From an uncultured Clostridia bacterium (GTDB lineage: Bacteria > Bacillota > Clostridia > Lachnospirales > Lachnospiraceae): a stretch of 64,000 nucleotides of DNA. Shown in pieces: positions 1 to 10,539 of this stretch (position 1 is its first letter; each line of letters opens with the position of its first letter). The translations under genes were made by a program, and so were the position numbers. Below the pieces are notes generated by a model. It was given only the letters and a program-made list of their open reading frames with translations, had not been told where the DNA came from and did not search any database. The stretch covers positions 11,057-75,056 of the forward strand of contig CAMFVG010000031.1 of NCBI GenBank assembly GCA_945992055.1, in the 5' to 3' direction.

Positions 1-1
1 A

Positions 2-445
2 AAATATCCAAAAAAATGCGAAGTGATACGAAAATGTCTGGGTCTCTTGGAACAGTGTGAAAAGAGAAAAGAAGAGAACATAGACCTTGTGGCAAGGTAT
101 TTTGGGAAACTAATGGGCGAGTTGTTTGTTTACAAATATGATATGTGGGAAAAGACGCTTCGGAGAATGGGTTTTTACTTGGGCAAATTCATTTATATTC
201 TCGATGCTTATGATGATATTGAAAAAGATTTGGAACGAGGCAACTATAACGCACTGATTGCGCATTATACAGATGAAGACTTTGATGCAAAGTGCGAAGA
301 AATGCTCACATATGTTCTTGCAGAGTGTACAAACCAGTTTGAAAAATTGCCGTGCGTGGAGGATGTGGAGATTTTGCGAAACATTTTGTATGCAGGTGTA
401 TGGGATAAATTTGATAAGAAGAGGAAGGAACAAGACGGTGAATAA
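2..445 (+). CDS. DUF5685-like protein, 5'-truncated by the window edge
   Basis: Frame is open from base 2; [16 protein letters not shown] and [10 protein letters not shown] motifs; usual neighbour of the J-domain gene. Confidence 0.7.
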   Translation, partial: KYPKKCEVIRKCLGLLEQCEKRKEENIDLVARYFGKLMGELFVYKYDMWEKTLRRMGFYLGKFIYILDAYDDIEKDLERGNYNALIAHYTDEDFDAKCEEMLTYVLAECTNQFEKLPCVEDVEILRNILYAGVWDKFDKKRKEQDGE

Positions 446-1046
446 TCCATATGAAGTATTAGGAGTACCTCGCAATGCGAGTAACGAAGAAGTAAAAAAG
501 GCCTACAAACAATTGTGTAAGAAATATCATCCGGATTCCTATGTGGACAATCCACTCGCCGATTTGGCGGAGGAAAAATTCAAGGAAGTGCAGACGGCAT
601 ATGAGCAGATTATGAGAGAACGCGAGGGTGGCGGCTACTCTTATTCGGCAGGGGGAACTTCTGCTGGTGGAAGCAGTCAGGAGACCGCGGAACTTCAGGC
701 TGTTAGAAATTATATTAATGCCCGCAGATTCCAGGAGGCTCTGACCGTGCTCAGTAATATTGGAAATCGCAATGCTATGTGGTATTACTACAGTGCAATT
801 GCGAACCTTGGAATAGGGAATAATCTGGTAGCAGTAGAGCATGCAAAACAGGCGGCGGCATTAGAGCCAAATAATGCAGAATATGTAAATTTTGCAAATC
901 AGATGCAATTTAGAAGTCAACAGTATCAGACTACAGGATATGGATATGGACGACCAAGTTACGGAACAGGAAATTTGTGCTGTGATTTATGGTGTATGGA
1001 TACTATGTGCGAATGTATGGGAGGAGATTTGTGTTCATGTATGTAG
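438..1046 (+). CDS. DnaJ (J-domain)/TPR protein with Cys-rich C-terminus
   Basis: GTG start at 438 after [16 protein letters not shown]...KYHPD J-domain; TPR-like helices; C-terminal [22 protein letters not shown]. Confidence 0.85.
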   Translation: MNNPYEVLGVPRNASNEEVKKAYKQLCKKYHPDSYVDNPLADLAEEKFKEVQTAYEQIMREREGGGYSYSAGGTSAGGSSQETAELQAVRNYINARRFQEALTVLSNIGNRNAMWYYYSAIANLGIGNNLVAVEHAKQAAALEPNNAEYVNFANQMQFRSQQYQTTGYGYGRPSYGTGNLCCDLWCMDTMCECMGGDLCSCM

Positions 1047-1570
1047 GGGCAAAGAAAGTGGCCACGGCAGGATTGCTTGTGGCTTTTACCATTATTATGA
1101 TGATGTTAAGTTCTGTGATAGAAACAAACAGTTTGTTTTTAATTGCGGCCGCTTCCTTTTGTGTTGGTATTGCAATTCGAGAATGGGGCAGCCTTTGGGG
1201 TCTGGCATTTTTGGTTTCCTGCATATTGTTGAATTTGTTATTGACATCGAATAAAATGTATTGCATTACATTTAGCTGCATGGGGCTCTATTTATGGTTG
1301 TATGAAAGATTATGGGATTTTATTGCAGAAAAAAAAGCTCTTTCACATCGCACCCTTTTTTTGTGGATTGGAAAATTTTTGCTTTTCAATTTGCTCTATG
1401 TGCCAGTCTTGTTTTTTATGCCAAAATTACTTTTCACAGGTAAGATAAACGGATTGGCTGTGATTGGCCTTTTGCTTGGCGGACAGATTGTATTTTTGGT
1501 ATACGATGTTGCATACCGATATTTTCAATCGCGAATTTGGGGTAAGATAAGAAATCATTTTGTGCAATAA
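1037..1570 (+). CDS. Conserved multi-pass membrane protein
   Basis: ATG at 1037 after GGAGGAG; about 5 hydrophobic segments. Confidence 0.75.
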   Translation: MYVGAKKVATAGLLVAFTIIMMMLSSVIETNSLFLIAAASFCVGIAIREWGSLWGLAFLVSCILLNLLLTSNKMYCITFSCMGLYLWLYERLWDFIAEKKALSHRTLFLWIGKFLLFNLLYVPVLFFMPKLLFTGKINGLAVIGLLLGGQIVFLVYDVAYRYFQSRIWGKIRNHFVQ

Positions 1571-1649
1571 AGAAATTTTTAAATTTCTATGGAAAACAAA
1601 TTACAATCTATGATATGATAGAAACAGTTCATTGGTAAGGGGAATAATA

Positions 1650-2528
1650 ATGAGAAGAATTTGGATAAGAATTGCAAAGCGAATAGGGTGGCTTATCAAG
1701 GATATACGGAGAAGCATCCGAAGAATGTCACCTGCTCAGAAAAAAATGTGGACTATGTTTATAGTGGCAATGTTAATAGGAGGCTTTCTCGGGGGAGTGA
1801 TTGGGCGTTCTATAGAAAAGTCAAATTCAAAGAAGGCAGTTGTAGCAGCTACGAATGAGGTTCAGAAAACGGAAAAGAAAAAACAGGATGCACTCAAAAA
1901 AGAATTATTTGATTTGCAGAAAGATATAGAAGCAACTACAGCCGATTTGCCTTGGAATATGGTGCTGGTAAACGGTGCTCATGAGATGGAAGAAGGCTAT
2001 GTTCCGGAATTGGTAGAATTAAAAGATGGATATCAAGTGGACAAGCGCATTGTGGATGCGGCAAAGCAAATGCTTGCCGATGCCAAAGCAGATGGAATGA
2101 AAATCGTAATCTGTTCCGCATATCGTTCAGTTTCTCGACAGGAAGAAATTTTTAATGATTCTATGAAAGACCGGTTAAAGTCGGGAATGGGTTATTGGGA
2201 TGCGTACGTTGACACCTCGCAAAGTGTGGCAGAACCGGGGACAAGTGAGCATGCATTAGGATTGGCTCTGGATCTGATTTCAAACCAATATTCCGAACTG
2301 GATGAAAGGCAGGAAGGCACCAAGGAAGCAAAGTGGTTAGAAGAAAACTGTCATAAGTATGGTTTTATTTTGAGATATCCGCCGGAGAAAACCAGTATTA
2401 CCGGAATTATATATGAGCCTTGGCATTATCGTTATGTGGGAGTGGAACACGCCACTAAAATCATGGAACTTGGCGTTACTTTAGAGGAGTATTTAAAGGA
2501 TTACTATCAGCCTGAAGGAGAACAATAA
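1650..2528 (+). CDS. M15B (VanY-like) D-Ala-D-Ala carboxypeptidase, membrane-anchored
   Basis: SAYRS, PGTSEHALGLALD and YEPWHYRYVG motifs; N-terminal TM helix. Confidence 0.9.
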   Translation: MRRIWIRIAKRIGWLIKDIRRSIRRMSPAQKKMWTMFIVAMLIGGFLGGVIGRSIEKSNSKKAVVAATNEVQKTEKKKQDALKKELFDLQKDIEATTADLPWNMVLVNGAHEMEEGYVPELVELKDGYQVDKRIVDAAKQMLADAKADGMKIVICSAYRSVSRQEEIFNDSMKDRLKSGMGYWDAYVDTSQSVAEPGTSEHALGLALDLISNQYSELDERQEGTKEAKWLEENCHKYGFILRYPPEKTSITGIIYEPWHYRYVGVEHATKIMELGVTLEEYLKDYYQPEGEQ

Positions 2529-2529
2529 T

Positions 2530-3162
2530 ATGATGAAGTTGACATTCGGAGAACAAGTAAAGATTATTTTGAGTAGAAAAGGAATGACGATTAAAGAATT
2601 GGCAGAATTAGTAGAGAGACATACAGGCAAACCGATGTCTCGCCAAAACATGACACAACGATTAGGAAGAGATAATTTTCAAGAACAAGATATGCGAATG
2701 ATTGCAGAAATTTTGGGTTGTCACTTCACATTGAATATTTTGGAAACAGAAGAACAGGATGTCATTGTTGAAACGCAGGAAAAAGAAGTGTTAGAACAAG
2801 AATCTATAGATGCTGTGGACGAAACTGTAGCAGAGCGTGCAAAAGAATCGGAATCACAGGAGCCGGAAAGCCAAGAGAGAGAAATGTTGCGCAAAGGAAT
2901 GAAAGGCTATCTCAAAAAGGCGACGAAGGAAGTCGCACCGGAAACGATACCGGAGACATTGGGCGAAATTAATCCATACACACGAAAAGAATACGAGTCC
3001 AACAGTGTGAGAATGCACCCGAAAAGAATCGGATATGTTCAGGTTTATGATAGGGAATTACATAAATGGACAGATATGACAGAGTGGGCATTTCTTGGTT
3101 ATCAAGAACGCAAGAAAAAACTATTGGGTAAAGATTATAAACCACCAATTTATTTGGATTAA
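2530..3162 (+). CDS. XRE-type HTH protein with acidic linker and small C-terminal domain
   Basis: N-terminal MTIKELAE...SRQNMTQRL helix-turn-helix. Confidence 0.7.
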   Translation: MMKLTFGEQVKIILSRKGMTIKELAELVERHTGKPMSRQNMTQRLGRDNFQEQDMRMIAEILGCHFTLNILETEEQDVIVETQEKEVLEQESIDAVDETVAERAKESESQEPESQEREMLRKGMKGYLKKATKEVAPETIPETLGEINPYTRKEYESNSVRMHPKRIGYVQVYDRELHKWTDMTEWAFLGYQERKKKLLGKDYKPPIYLD

Positions 3163-3165
3163 GAT

Positions 3166-3194
3166 AAAAGCCGCGCAGTTTTGCGTGGCTTTTT
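3166..3194 (+). terminator. Putative rho-independent terminator
   Basis: AAAAGCCGCGCA-GTTT-TGCGTGGCTTTTT hairpin with T-tract. Confidence 0.55.
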
Positions 3195-3213
3195 AGAAGA
3201 AAGGAAACAGATT

Positions 3214-4623
3214 ATGCAGTGGAACAAATTATTGTCGACAAAACGTCCGCGTGAGATGGCGGGGAGTTCCAAGTTAAAAGAGGATTTGCGAAGCGAATTT
3301 GAAAAAGATTATCACAGAATTATAGGTAGCGCATCTTTTCGAAGACTACAAGATAAAACGCAGGTATTTCCTTTGGATAAGAGTGATTTCATACGAACCA
3401 GACTGACGCATTCTTTAGAGGTATCGTCTTACGGGAAATCGTTGGGACAAAATATCGGCGAATATATTATGACTTATATCAAGGATCCGAATTTCACTCA
3501 AAAACACAAAGAAGATATTTGTAATATTCTTGAGTGTGCCGGTTTGATTCATGATATTGGGAATCCGCCGTTTGGGCATTTTGGAGAAATTGTGATTCGG
3601 GAGTGGTTTCAAAAAAATTTATCTAAAGTGGTCTATAAAGGGAAAACGGTGGAAGAACTTTTGACGGAACAGATGCGACAAGATTTTTACCATTTTGAAG
3701 GAAACGCGCAAGCACTCCGTCTGGTAACAAAGTTACATTATTTGGTAGATGAACATGGTATGAATTTAACTTATGGACTGCTTAATACCATTGTGAAGTA
3801 TCCGGTTGCTTCTACGGAAATTGATAAGACAACGGGAAATATTAAGGATAAGAAGATGGGATACTATTATGCCGATCAAACGATGTTTCAAACCATCGTG
3901 AAGGAGACCGGCACAGATGGGAAACGCCATCCGCTCACCTTTATTTTAGAAGCGGCAGATGACATTGCTTATAGAACTGCGGATATAGAGGATGCATTTG
4001 TGAAAGGTTTCATCTCGTATGCTCAACTGGCAGAGGAACTGCGTGTGCTCCAAGAACAGGAAAAGGAGAATCCATTCAAACCATTTGATAGATTGCAGTA
4101 TAAGTATCAGAGCGGCGTGAAGAAAAATGTAAAAAATCCGGAAGAATATGCAGTTAAAAATTGGGTTGTTCAAACACAAGGATTTTTGATAAATTGTGCT
4201 ACTTTTGGATTCACATCCAATTATAGTAGCATCATGGCTGGGACCTATGAGAAGGACGTTTTTAGTGGCACTTACGGAGAAGGTCTTATGCACTTACTGG
4301 GTGATATGGCATATCGCAGGGTATTTGCAACGCCGGACATATACAAAATGGAAATGGCTGAATCGGTTATTCTGAATTTCCTTATGGACCGGTTTGTGAA
4401 TGCAGTACTTTATTATGACACGGAAATAGAATTAGGGGAGATTGACAAACGTTTGGTTTCCTTTATTTCGGAGAATTATAAGAGTGCATATCATCACTAT
4501 GCAGAGGGTAAGAGTGAAATAGAAAAACTATATTTGCGACTGCTATTGGTAACGGATTATATTTGCGGAATGACGGACAGTTATGCAAAACGCCTGTATC
4601 AGGAGTTGAATGTGGTGATTTAA
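3214..4623 (+). CDS. dgt: Deoxyguanosinetriphosphate triphosphohydrolase (dGTPase, HD family)
   Basis: FRRLQDKTQVF, RTRLTHSLEV, HDIGNPPFGHFGE, FEGNAQ, EAADDIAY, DYICGMTDSYA motifs. Confidence 0.92.
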   Translation: MQWNKLLSTKRPREMAGSSKLKEDLRSEFEKDYHRIIGSASFRRLQDKTQVFPLDKSDFIRTRLTHSLEVSSYGKSLGQNIGEYIMTYIKDPNFTQKHKEDICNILECAGLIHDIGNPPFGHFGEIVIREWFQKNLSKVVYKGKTVEELLTEQMRQDFYHFEGNAQALRLVTKLHYLVDEHGMNLTYGLLNTIVKYPVASTEIDKTTGNIKDKKMGYYYADQTMFQTIVKETGTDGKRHPLTFILEAADDIAYRTADIEDAFVKGFISYAQLAEELRVLQEQEKENPFKPFDRLQYKYQSGVKKNVKNPEEYAVKNWVVQTQGFLINCATFGFTSNYSSIMAGTYEKDVFSGTYGEGLMHLLGDMAYRRVFATPDIYKMEMAESVILNFLMDRFVNAVLYYDTEIELGEIDKRLVSFISENYKSAYHHYAEGKSEIEKLYLRLLLVTDYICGMTDSYAKRLYQELNVVI

Positions 4624-4629
4624 AAAAGT

Positions 4630-4663
4630 AAGAGGTTGCCGACAATTGTTGGCAACTTCTTTT
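4630..4663 (+). terminator. Rho-independent terminator
   Basis: AGAGGTTGCCGAC-AATT-GTTGGCAACTTCT followed by Ts. Confidence 0.7.
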
Positions 4664-4730
4664 GTTTGGTTCTTTTCCGAAACTTAAATGAATAAAGTGG
4701 GTAATAAGACAAGTTGTAAAGGAGAAGAAC

Positions 4731-5294
4731 ATGGAACAAGACATGCAATATTTATATGAGTACAAAGATGGAAAAAGAATTCGCAACATAGGGTTTATGA
4801 AAATAGAAAATGAAATGAACGGGAGCAAAATACAACTCTATGGGAAGCAGATGGATGATGTTGTTGGGATTTATTTTCGTAAAGAAAATGGGGAAACCTA
4901 TGTTGGAACATGGGGCATGGAAGAAGTGGTAGACGAAGAAGTGCAAGAAATGGAAGAGGAAGTAGACCTCTATGTGCAATCATCGCATGTAACCTATGAA
5001 AAAATCCAGCGCCAAGATTTATCAAGACTCCCGAGAAAAGAGTGGCGTTTGGCAAACAATAGTTTCCTGCTACACGGGTTCCATAACTATCATCACCTGT
5101 TATACATAGAAGAAGAGGGGAAAGTTTGGATTGGGGTGCCAGGCATTTATCATGAAAAAGAGCAGGCAGCAGCAGCTGCGTTTGGCTTTCCTGATTTCCG
5201 AAGACTCATAGATGTCAATGTTGAACTTCAGGAAGACGAGACGAATACATATGAAGATTTTGGATATTGGTGTCGACAGATTTTAATTCCTTAA
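4731..5294 (+). CDS. DUF6128-like hypothetical protein
   Basis: RBS AAGGAG; LANNSFLLHGFHNYHHL...GVPG...FGYW motif typical of this clostridial family. Confidence 0.65.
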   Translation: MEQDMQYLYEYKDGKRIRNIGFMKIENEMNGSKIQLYGKQMDDVVGIYFRKENGETYVGTWGMEEVVDEEVQEMEEEVDLYVQSSHVTYEKIQRQDLSRLPRKEWRLANNSFLLHGFHNYHHLLYIEEEGKVWIGVPGIYHEKEQAAAAAFGFPDFRRLIDVNVELQEDETNTYEDFGYWCRQILIP

Positions 5295-5333
5295 GTATAA
5301 TACATACCATAATAAAGATGGCAAGGTGGACAG

Positions 5334-5807
5334 ATGATGAATCAAGATGAAAAGTATATGAGAGAGGCAATTAGACAGGCGAAAAAAGCGTATGCTCTGG
5401 GTGAAGTCCCAATAGGATGTGTGATTGTTTATGAAGGAAAAATCATAGGAAGAGGTTATAACAGAAGGACGATAGATAAAAATACACTTGCTCATGCCGA
5501 AATGATAGCAATCAAAAAGGCCAGTAAAGCAATGGACGATTGGAGATTGGAAGAATGTACCATGTATGTCACTCTTGAACCATGTCAAATGTGTTCGGGA
5601 GCAATTGTTCAGTCCCGCATGAAAAAAGTCGTTATTGGGTGTATGAATCCAAAAGCGGGATGTGCCGGTTCCATCTTGAATTTGCTGCAAATGGAAGAAT
5701 TTAATCATCAAGTAGAGTTGGAGATAGGAGTATTGGGCGAAGAATGTAGTAATTTGATGAAAAGTTTCTTCCAGGAACTAAGAGATAAAAAGCGGCAAGA
5801 GCATTGA
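5334..5807 (+). CDS. tadA: tRNA adenosine(34) deaminase
   Basis: EVPIG, AHAE, TLEPCQMCSGA motifs; lies next to the SRP RNA as in other Firmicutes. Confidence 0.95.
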   Translation: MMNQDEKYMREAIRQAKKAYALGEVPIGCVIVYEGKIIGRGYNRRTIDKNTLAHAEMIAIKKASKAMDDWRLEECTMYVTLEPCQMCSGAIVQSRMKKVVIGCMNPKAGCAGSILNLLQMEEFNHQVELEIGVLGEECSNLMKSFFQELRDKKRQEH

Positions 5808-5833
5808 CATTTGCCCGAAAATAATAGTATAAT
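5804..5833 (+). promoter_or_regulatory. SigA promoter of the SRP RNA
   Basis: TTGACA (5804-5809), 18 nt spacer, TATAAT (5828-5833). Confidence 0.8.
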
Positions 5834-5838
5834 TAGTA

Positions 5839-6103
5839 ACCGTGCAGCCGGGGTGTTAGCGGTACCTTGAACCTACAATCCGCTATAGTAGGGGTGATGT
5901 TGCATGGAGGGCTTTGTTTTGTGAAGCTGCCCTTTATAAGTGGCGTAGATGTTTGGGTCTCGCGCGACGGAAATCTATGAACCGTGTCAGGTCGGGAACG
6001 AAGCAGCACTAAGTAGAACCTTCCGGGTGCCGTGAGGGTGCCTGGGCTGAGCTAACTGTAAAGGTAACGTTCGGGGAATGAAGTTCGAAGTGCAACGCAC
6101 GTA
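5839..6103 (+). ncRNA. ffs: Signal recognition particle RNA, large bacterial (Alu-containing) type
   Basis: Helix-8 motif GTGTCAGGTCG-GGAA-CGAAGCAGCAC; terminal pairing CGTGC(5841)/GCACG(6101); ~265 nt; downstream of tadA. Confidence 0.93.
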
Positions 6104-6206
6104 TGAAGAAAACAAGAAGGTGTTATTGCATTTCTAGTTAATCAACTAAAGATACAATAGCGCTCCTTTTTATTTTATCGGAACGGTCAACGTGAAAGGG
6201 GTCATT

Positions 6207-7874
6207 ATGAAAACGGTTTTGGTCGCCATTAACGCAAAATACATCCATTCCAATTTGGCGGTATATAGTTTGCGAGCATATGCAAAAGCGTATAAAGAAG
6301 AAATCTCTATAGCAGAATATACGATCAATCAACAAACAGACGATATATTGAGAGATCTGTATAAAAGGAACGCAGACATGCTCTGTTTTTCCTGCTATAT
6401 CTGGAATTTGACTTATGTAGAAGATTTAGTGAAGGAACTTCGAAAAGTATTTCCGCAAATGCCGATTTGGGTAGGCGGACCGGAAGTCACCTATGATGCA
6501 AAGGATGTGTTAAAGAGACTGCCGGAAATTACAGGTGTTATGTTTGGCGAAGGCGAAGCGACCTTTCAGGATTTAATGAGGTATTATCATGGCGAAATAT
6601 CCTCTTTGTCCGATATAGAGGGGATTGCGTATCGCAATGAGAAAGGGAGCATCTGTCAAAATGAGTGGAGAGAAGTTCTTGATTTGAGTACGGTACCTTT
6701 CGTGTATCATGATATGGACGATTTTCAGAATAAGATTATTTATTATGAAACCAGTCGGGGATGTCCATTTTCATGTAGCTATTGCTTGTCTTCGGTGGAC
6801 AAATGTTTGCGATTCCGGGATTTAGAACTGGTGAAAGAAGAATTGCAGTTTTTTATCGACCAAGACGTCCCGCAGGTAAAGTTTGTGGACCGTACGTTTA
6901 ATTGCAATCACAAGCATGCCATGGCAATATGGAAATATTTAATGGAGCACGATAAAGGAGTTACCAATTTTCACTTTGAGGTGGCAGCAGATTTGCTCAA
7001 CGAAGAAGAAATTGAACTTATTCAGCAAATGCGTCCGGGCCTCATACAATTGGAAATCGGCGTGCAGTCTACCAATGAACGGACGATTGAAGCAATCCGA
7101 AGGAAAATGGATTTTTCTGAGGTTTCAAGAATTGTGAAAACCATTGGAGAGAGCAAAAATGTACACCAGCATTTGGATTTGATTGCAGGACTCCCTTACG
7201 AGGATTTGGAAAGTTTCAAGAAATCTTTTGACGATGTCTATAACCTTTGTCCGCAGCAGTTGCAATTGGGATTTTTAAAAGTGCTGAAGGGTTCCTATAT
7301 GGAGGAGCAGAAAGAGAACTATGGTTTGGTCCATAAAAGCAAACCTCCTTACGAGGTGCTTTATACAAAGTGGCTTTCCTATGATGATATTTTGATTTTG
7401 AAAATGGTAGAAAATATGGTCGAGGTGTATTATAACAGCGGACAGTTTTATTACACATTGCGAAGATTGGTCGAAGCATTTGAATCTCCTTTTAAATTGT
7501 ATTTTCAATTGGGAAAATACTATGAAAGAAGAAAGCTGCATTTGATGAGCCACTCGCGGGTAAGTCGTTACGAAATACTGCTTGACTTTATACGTGATGC
7601 AGGAGTTTTGGATGAACAATTATATAAGGAATTGTTGATTCTCGATTTGTATTTAAGAGAACATGTAAAAAGCAGACCGACGTTTGCGGGAGAATATACG
7701 GTTGAGAAAGAATGGAAGCGACAGTACGACAGAAAAGTCCACCTGGAAAGATTCAACTATGATGTGCTTGGAAAGTGCGAAAAGAAGGAACAAATCGTAC
7801 TGTTTGACTATGAGAATAGGGACAAATTGACACATCAGGCTTATTGCAAAATTTTGCGAGACAGTTTACAATGA
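6207..7874 (+). CDS. B12-binding domain radical SAM protein (DUF4080-type C-terminus)
   Basis: N-terminal cobalamin-binding-like region (FSCYIWN, GGPEV); RGCPFSCSYC CxxxCxxC motif. Confidence 0.88.
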   Translation: MKTVLVAINAKYIHSNLAVYSLRAYAKAYKEEISIAEYTINQQTDDILRDLYKRNADMLCFSCYIWNLTYVEDLVKELRKVFPQMPIWVGGPEVTYDAKDVLKRLPEITGVMFGEGEATFQDLMRYYHGEISSLSDIEGIAYRNEKGSICQNEWREVLDLSTVPFVYHDMDDFQNKIIYYETSRGCPFSCSYCLSSVDKCLRFRDLELVKEELQFFIDQDVPQVKFVDRTFNCNHKHAMAIWKYLMEHDKGVTNFHFEVAADLLNEEEIELIQQMRPGLIQLEIGVQSTNERTIEAIRRKMDFSEVSRIVKTIGESKNVHQHLDLIAGLPYEDLESFKKSFDDVYNLCPQQLQLGFLKVLKGSYMEEQKENYGLVHKSKPPYEVLYTKWLSYDDILILKMVENMVEVYYNSGQFYYTLRRLVEAFESPFKLYFQLGKYYERRKLHLMSHSRVSRYEILLDFIRDAGVLDEQLYKELLILDLYLREHVKSRPTFAGEYTVEKEWKRQYDRKVHLERFNYDVLGKCEKKEQIVLFDYENRDKLTHQAYCKILRDSLQ

Positions 7875-7905
7875 AAAGTGTATATTTTTTAGGAAGGTGA
7901 GAAAG

Positions 7906-8013
7906 ATGAATTGGAATAATAAACTTGTAAAAAGAATTGCAGCAATCGTAATCATCGTATTAATTGCAGCAATGGTATTAGCATCTGTAATTCCATATTT
8001 GGTGACAGCTTAA
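7906..8013 (+). CDS. 35-aa single-TM small protein (not in ORF track)
   Basis: RBS AGGAAGGTGA; MNWNNKLVKRIAAIVIIVLIAAMVLASVIPYLVTA*; fills the gap between two co-oriented genes. Confidence 0.7.
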   Translation: MNWNNKLVKRIAAIVIIVLIAAMVLASVIPYLVTA

Positions 8014-8036
8014 GTTGGATATCGGAGGAGTTAAAT

Positions 8037-9530
8037 ATGAAAAGGCGGAAAAGATGGAAACAGCAGAGACGCATCCTGCTACTAGGCGGGGTGACGCTTC
8101 TATCTGTGCTTGTAGTTTTCCTGATTGCGCACTTTGTAATGAAAGGAGCAGTGAACAAGGTTCCGGCTGACAAGGTTGCGAACAATGTTTATCTCGAAGG
8201 CGTGGATGTTTCGGGAATGACTGCAAAAGAAGTGAAAAAAGCACTCAAATCCAAGACCAAGAAATATCAATCCAAAACCGTTGTTCTTGAGGCGGAAGAT
8301 GATGAGATAGAAGTGACTTTGGAAGAACTTGGATTAAAGGTGAAAAATCTGGACAAAACGGTGGAGAAAGTGATTTCTTACGGAAAGAAAGGTTCTCTGC
8401 GAGAATGTTATAAAGAAATAAAAGCATTAAAAAAAGAAGCGAAACATTTTGAGGCACAATATACTATTGATGAAAAAGAGATTGAAAAAACCATATCTTC
8501 CAAACTTCCACATTTGAAAAACAGGGCACAGGATGCCACCATTAAACGTGAAAATGGGGAATTTGTTATTACGGAAGGGAAAAAAGGGAAAAAGATAGAA
8601 CTTGCTGATTCGGTGAAAGCAATTCAGAAATATCTGGATGGGAATTGGAAGAATCAGAAAAAAGGAACCATTCAGTTGGTTACGGTTGTGGCTGAACCGG
8701 ATATTACAAAGAAGCAGTTATCCCAGATTCAGGACCAACTTGGAACTTTTAGTACTAACTTTGCTGCAGGCACAAATCGTGGGAAGAATGTTGTGCTTGC
8801 CACTTCAAAAATCAATGGAGCTGTACTGATGCCGGGAGAAGAGTATTCTGCCAGTGAAGGCATGGGTGAGAGTACTCCGGAAAATGGATATGTGGAAGCC
8901 GGTTCCTATTTGAACGGTGAAACGGTTCAGAGCTATGGCGGTGGAGTTTGCCAGGTTTCATCCACTCTGTATAATGCCGTTATTCTGGCAGAATTGGAAG
9001 TCACAGAACGTTGGCCCCATTCTATGACGGTCAGCTATGTGAAGGAATCCATGGATGCGGCGATAGCGGAAGGATATAAAGATTTAAAATTCAAGAACAA
9101 TACCGACACTCCGATATATATTGAAGGATATACCTACGGTGGAAGGGTTACTTTTAATATATATGGAAAGGAAACCCGTCCTGCGCAGCGAAAGGTTTCC
9201 TATGTGAGTGAAGTCACGAGTAAAACAGAGGCCAAGAAAAAATTTGAGGCCACTGATGAGCCCGTAGGAACATTTAAAGAAAAGGAATCCGGACACGATG
9301 CCATCAAAGCAAAATTATGGAAGGTTGTTACGGAAAACGGTGTGGAAGTGAGCCGAAAGGTAGTCAATAACAGTAGTTATCAATCTTCCACAGCGCTTTG
9401 GAGTGTGGGCATTGGAACAGATCATGCACAGGCTAAAGAATTGCTTATAAATGCAATTGAAACACAAGACGAGGCGAAGATCCAAGAAGCAATCACGCAG
9501 GCGAAGGAGCTTATTTCCTCGGGACAGTAA
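8037..9530 (+). CDS. VanW family protein with peptidoglycan-binding region
   Basis: N-terminal TM; GGGVCQVSSTLYNA, ERWPHS, DLKFKN motifs. Confidence 0.88.
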   Translation: MKRRKRWKQQRRILLLGGVTLLSVLVVFLIAHFVMKGAVNKVPADKVANNVYLEGVDVSGMTAKEVKKALKSKTKKYQSKTVVLEAEDDEIEVTLEELGLKVKNLDKTVEKVISYGKKGSLRECYKEIKALKKEAKHFEAQYTIDEKEIEKTISSKLPHLKNRAQDATIKRENGEFVITEGKKGKKIELADSVKAIQKYLDGNWKNQKKGTIQLVTVVAEPDITKKQLSQIQDQLGTFSTNFAAGTNRGKNVVLATSKINGAVLMPGEEYSASEGMGESTPENGYVEAGSYLNGETVQSYGGGVCQVSSTLYNAVILAELEVTERWPHSMTVSYVKESMDAAIAEGYKDLKFKNNTDTPIYIEGYTYGGRVTFNIYGKETRPAQRKVSYVSEVTSKTEAKKKFEATDEPVGTFKEKESGHDAIKAKLWKVVTENGVEVSRKVVNNSSYQSSTALWSVGIGTDHAQAKELLINAIETQDEAKIQEAITQAKELISSGQ

Positions 9531-9542
9531 ACAGGTAAATTT

Positions 9543-10529
9543 ATGAAAATAGGGAAAGTATCACAGAATGTTTTAAAACGTTCTATGTTAAAACCGCTAC
9601 AATTTCATAGAGAAGACACTTTATTTTCTGCATCTGCGGAAGAAATGTGTTTTGGAGTAACATGCGGTGAAGACGAACAGGTTCTTTGTGCCAATACAGT
9701 CGTATACGGCAATGAAAAAGACATGGGCGTCTTTGCTATGGCGCAAGTGATGAATGACCTTGCTACCAGAGGCGCAAAGATGGTGGGTATGAGTGTACAC
9801 ATCATGCTTCCGCCCTATGCCTATGAATCACGGTTGAAAGCCATGATGGAGTGCATTTCAAGAATCGGAAATAAACATGAGATTGAAGTGTTACATGCAA
9901 AAGCGGAGGTAAGTCCTGCTGTCAGTCAAGCGGTCATGTATTTAACCGGCGTAGGAATCTTAAAAAAAGGGAACTTGATTCGAAGTTCCACAGGAGAGGC
10001 AGAACAGGATATCGTGCTTCTTAAGTGGATTGGACTGGAAGGCACCTTTCGTGTGATGCGAGAAAAAGAAGAACTTTTGAAAAAAAGATTTACTAATTCG
10101 TTTTTGCGTGAGATTTGTCACATGGAGTCGCAACTATTTTCAGCTAAAGAGTTGGAAATAGCAAAAGGATATGGTGTGTCTGCCATGCATCAAATTACAG
10201 GAGGCGGTATTTTTGGTGCTCTTTGGGAAATGGCAGAGGCATCCAATGTAGGTCTTTGGGTGGATTTGAAACAAATGTCTATTCGTCAGGAGACGGTGGA
10301 GATTTGTGAATTTTGCCATTTGAATCCGTACCAATTGACTTCTGCAGGAAGCGTCTTGATTGTTGCGGAGCGCGGGGAAGAATTGGTTCAAAGATATCAA
10401 GAATTAGGAATATGTGCTACTTTGCTGGGCAGGACGACAAAAGATGCTGCGAGAGTTATTTTGAATGGAGACGAAAAACGTTTTTTGGACAAGCCGGCAC
10501 CGGACGAGTTGTTGAAAATATATTGCTAG
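9543..10529 (+). CDS. AIR synthase/HypE-related protein
   Basis: MKIGKV N-terminus, NDLA, MHQITGGGIFGALWEMA motifs. Confidence 0.8.
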   Translation: MKIGKVSQNVLKRSMLKPLQFHREDTLFSASAEEMCFGVTCGEDEQVLCANTVVYGNEKDMGVFAMAQVMNDLATRGAKMVGMSVHIMLPPYAYESRLKAMMECISRIGNKHEIEVLHAKAEVSPAVSQAVMYLTGVGILKKGNLIRSSTGEAEQDIVLLKWIGLEGTFRVMREKEELLKKRFTNSFLREICHMESQLFSAKELEIAKGYGVSAMHQITGGGIFGALWEMAEASNVGLWVDLKQMSIRQETVEICEFCHLNPYQLTSAGSVLIVAERGEELVQRYQELGICATLLGRTTKDAARVILNGDEKRFLDKPAPDELLKIYC

Positions 10530-10539
10530 GAGGGTTTTT

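Noticed and set aside
3214..4623. dGTPase as an anti-phage nucleotide-depletion system
   Set aside because: It sits among housekeeping genes with no defence-island context and looks like ordinary dgt.
6207..8013. B12 radical SAM plus 35-aa ORF as a RiPP maturase/precursor pair
   Set aside because: The peptide is a plain TM helix, the enzyme shows no RRE or SPASM domain, and it belongs to a widespread clostridial family.
1650..9530. VanY-like and VanW-like genes as a vancomycin resistance cluster
   Set aside because: They are not adjacent, and there is no D-Ala-D-Lac/Ser ligase, vanH, vanX or vanRS; both families are common cell-wall genes.
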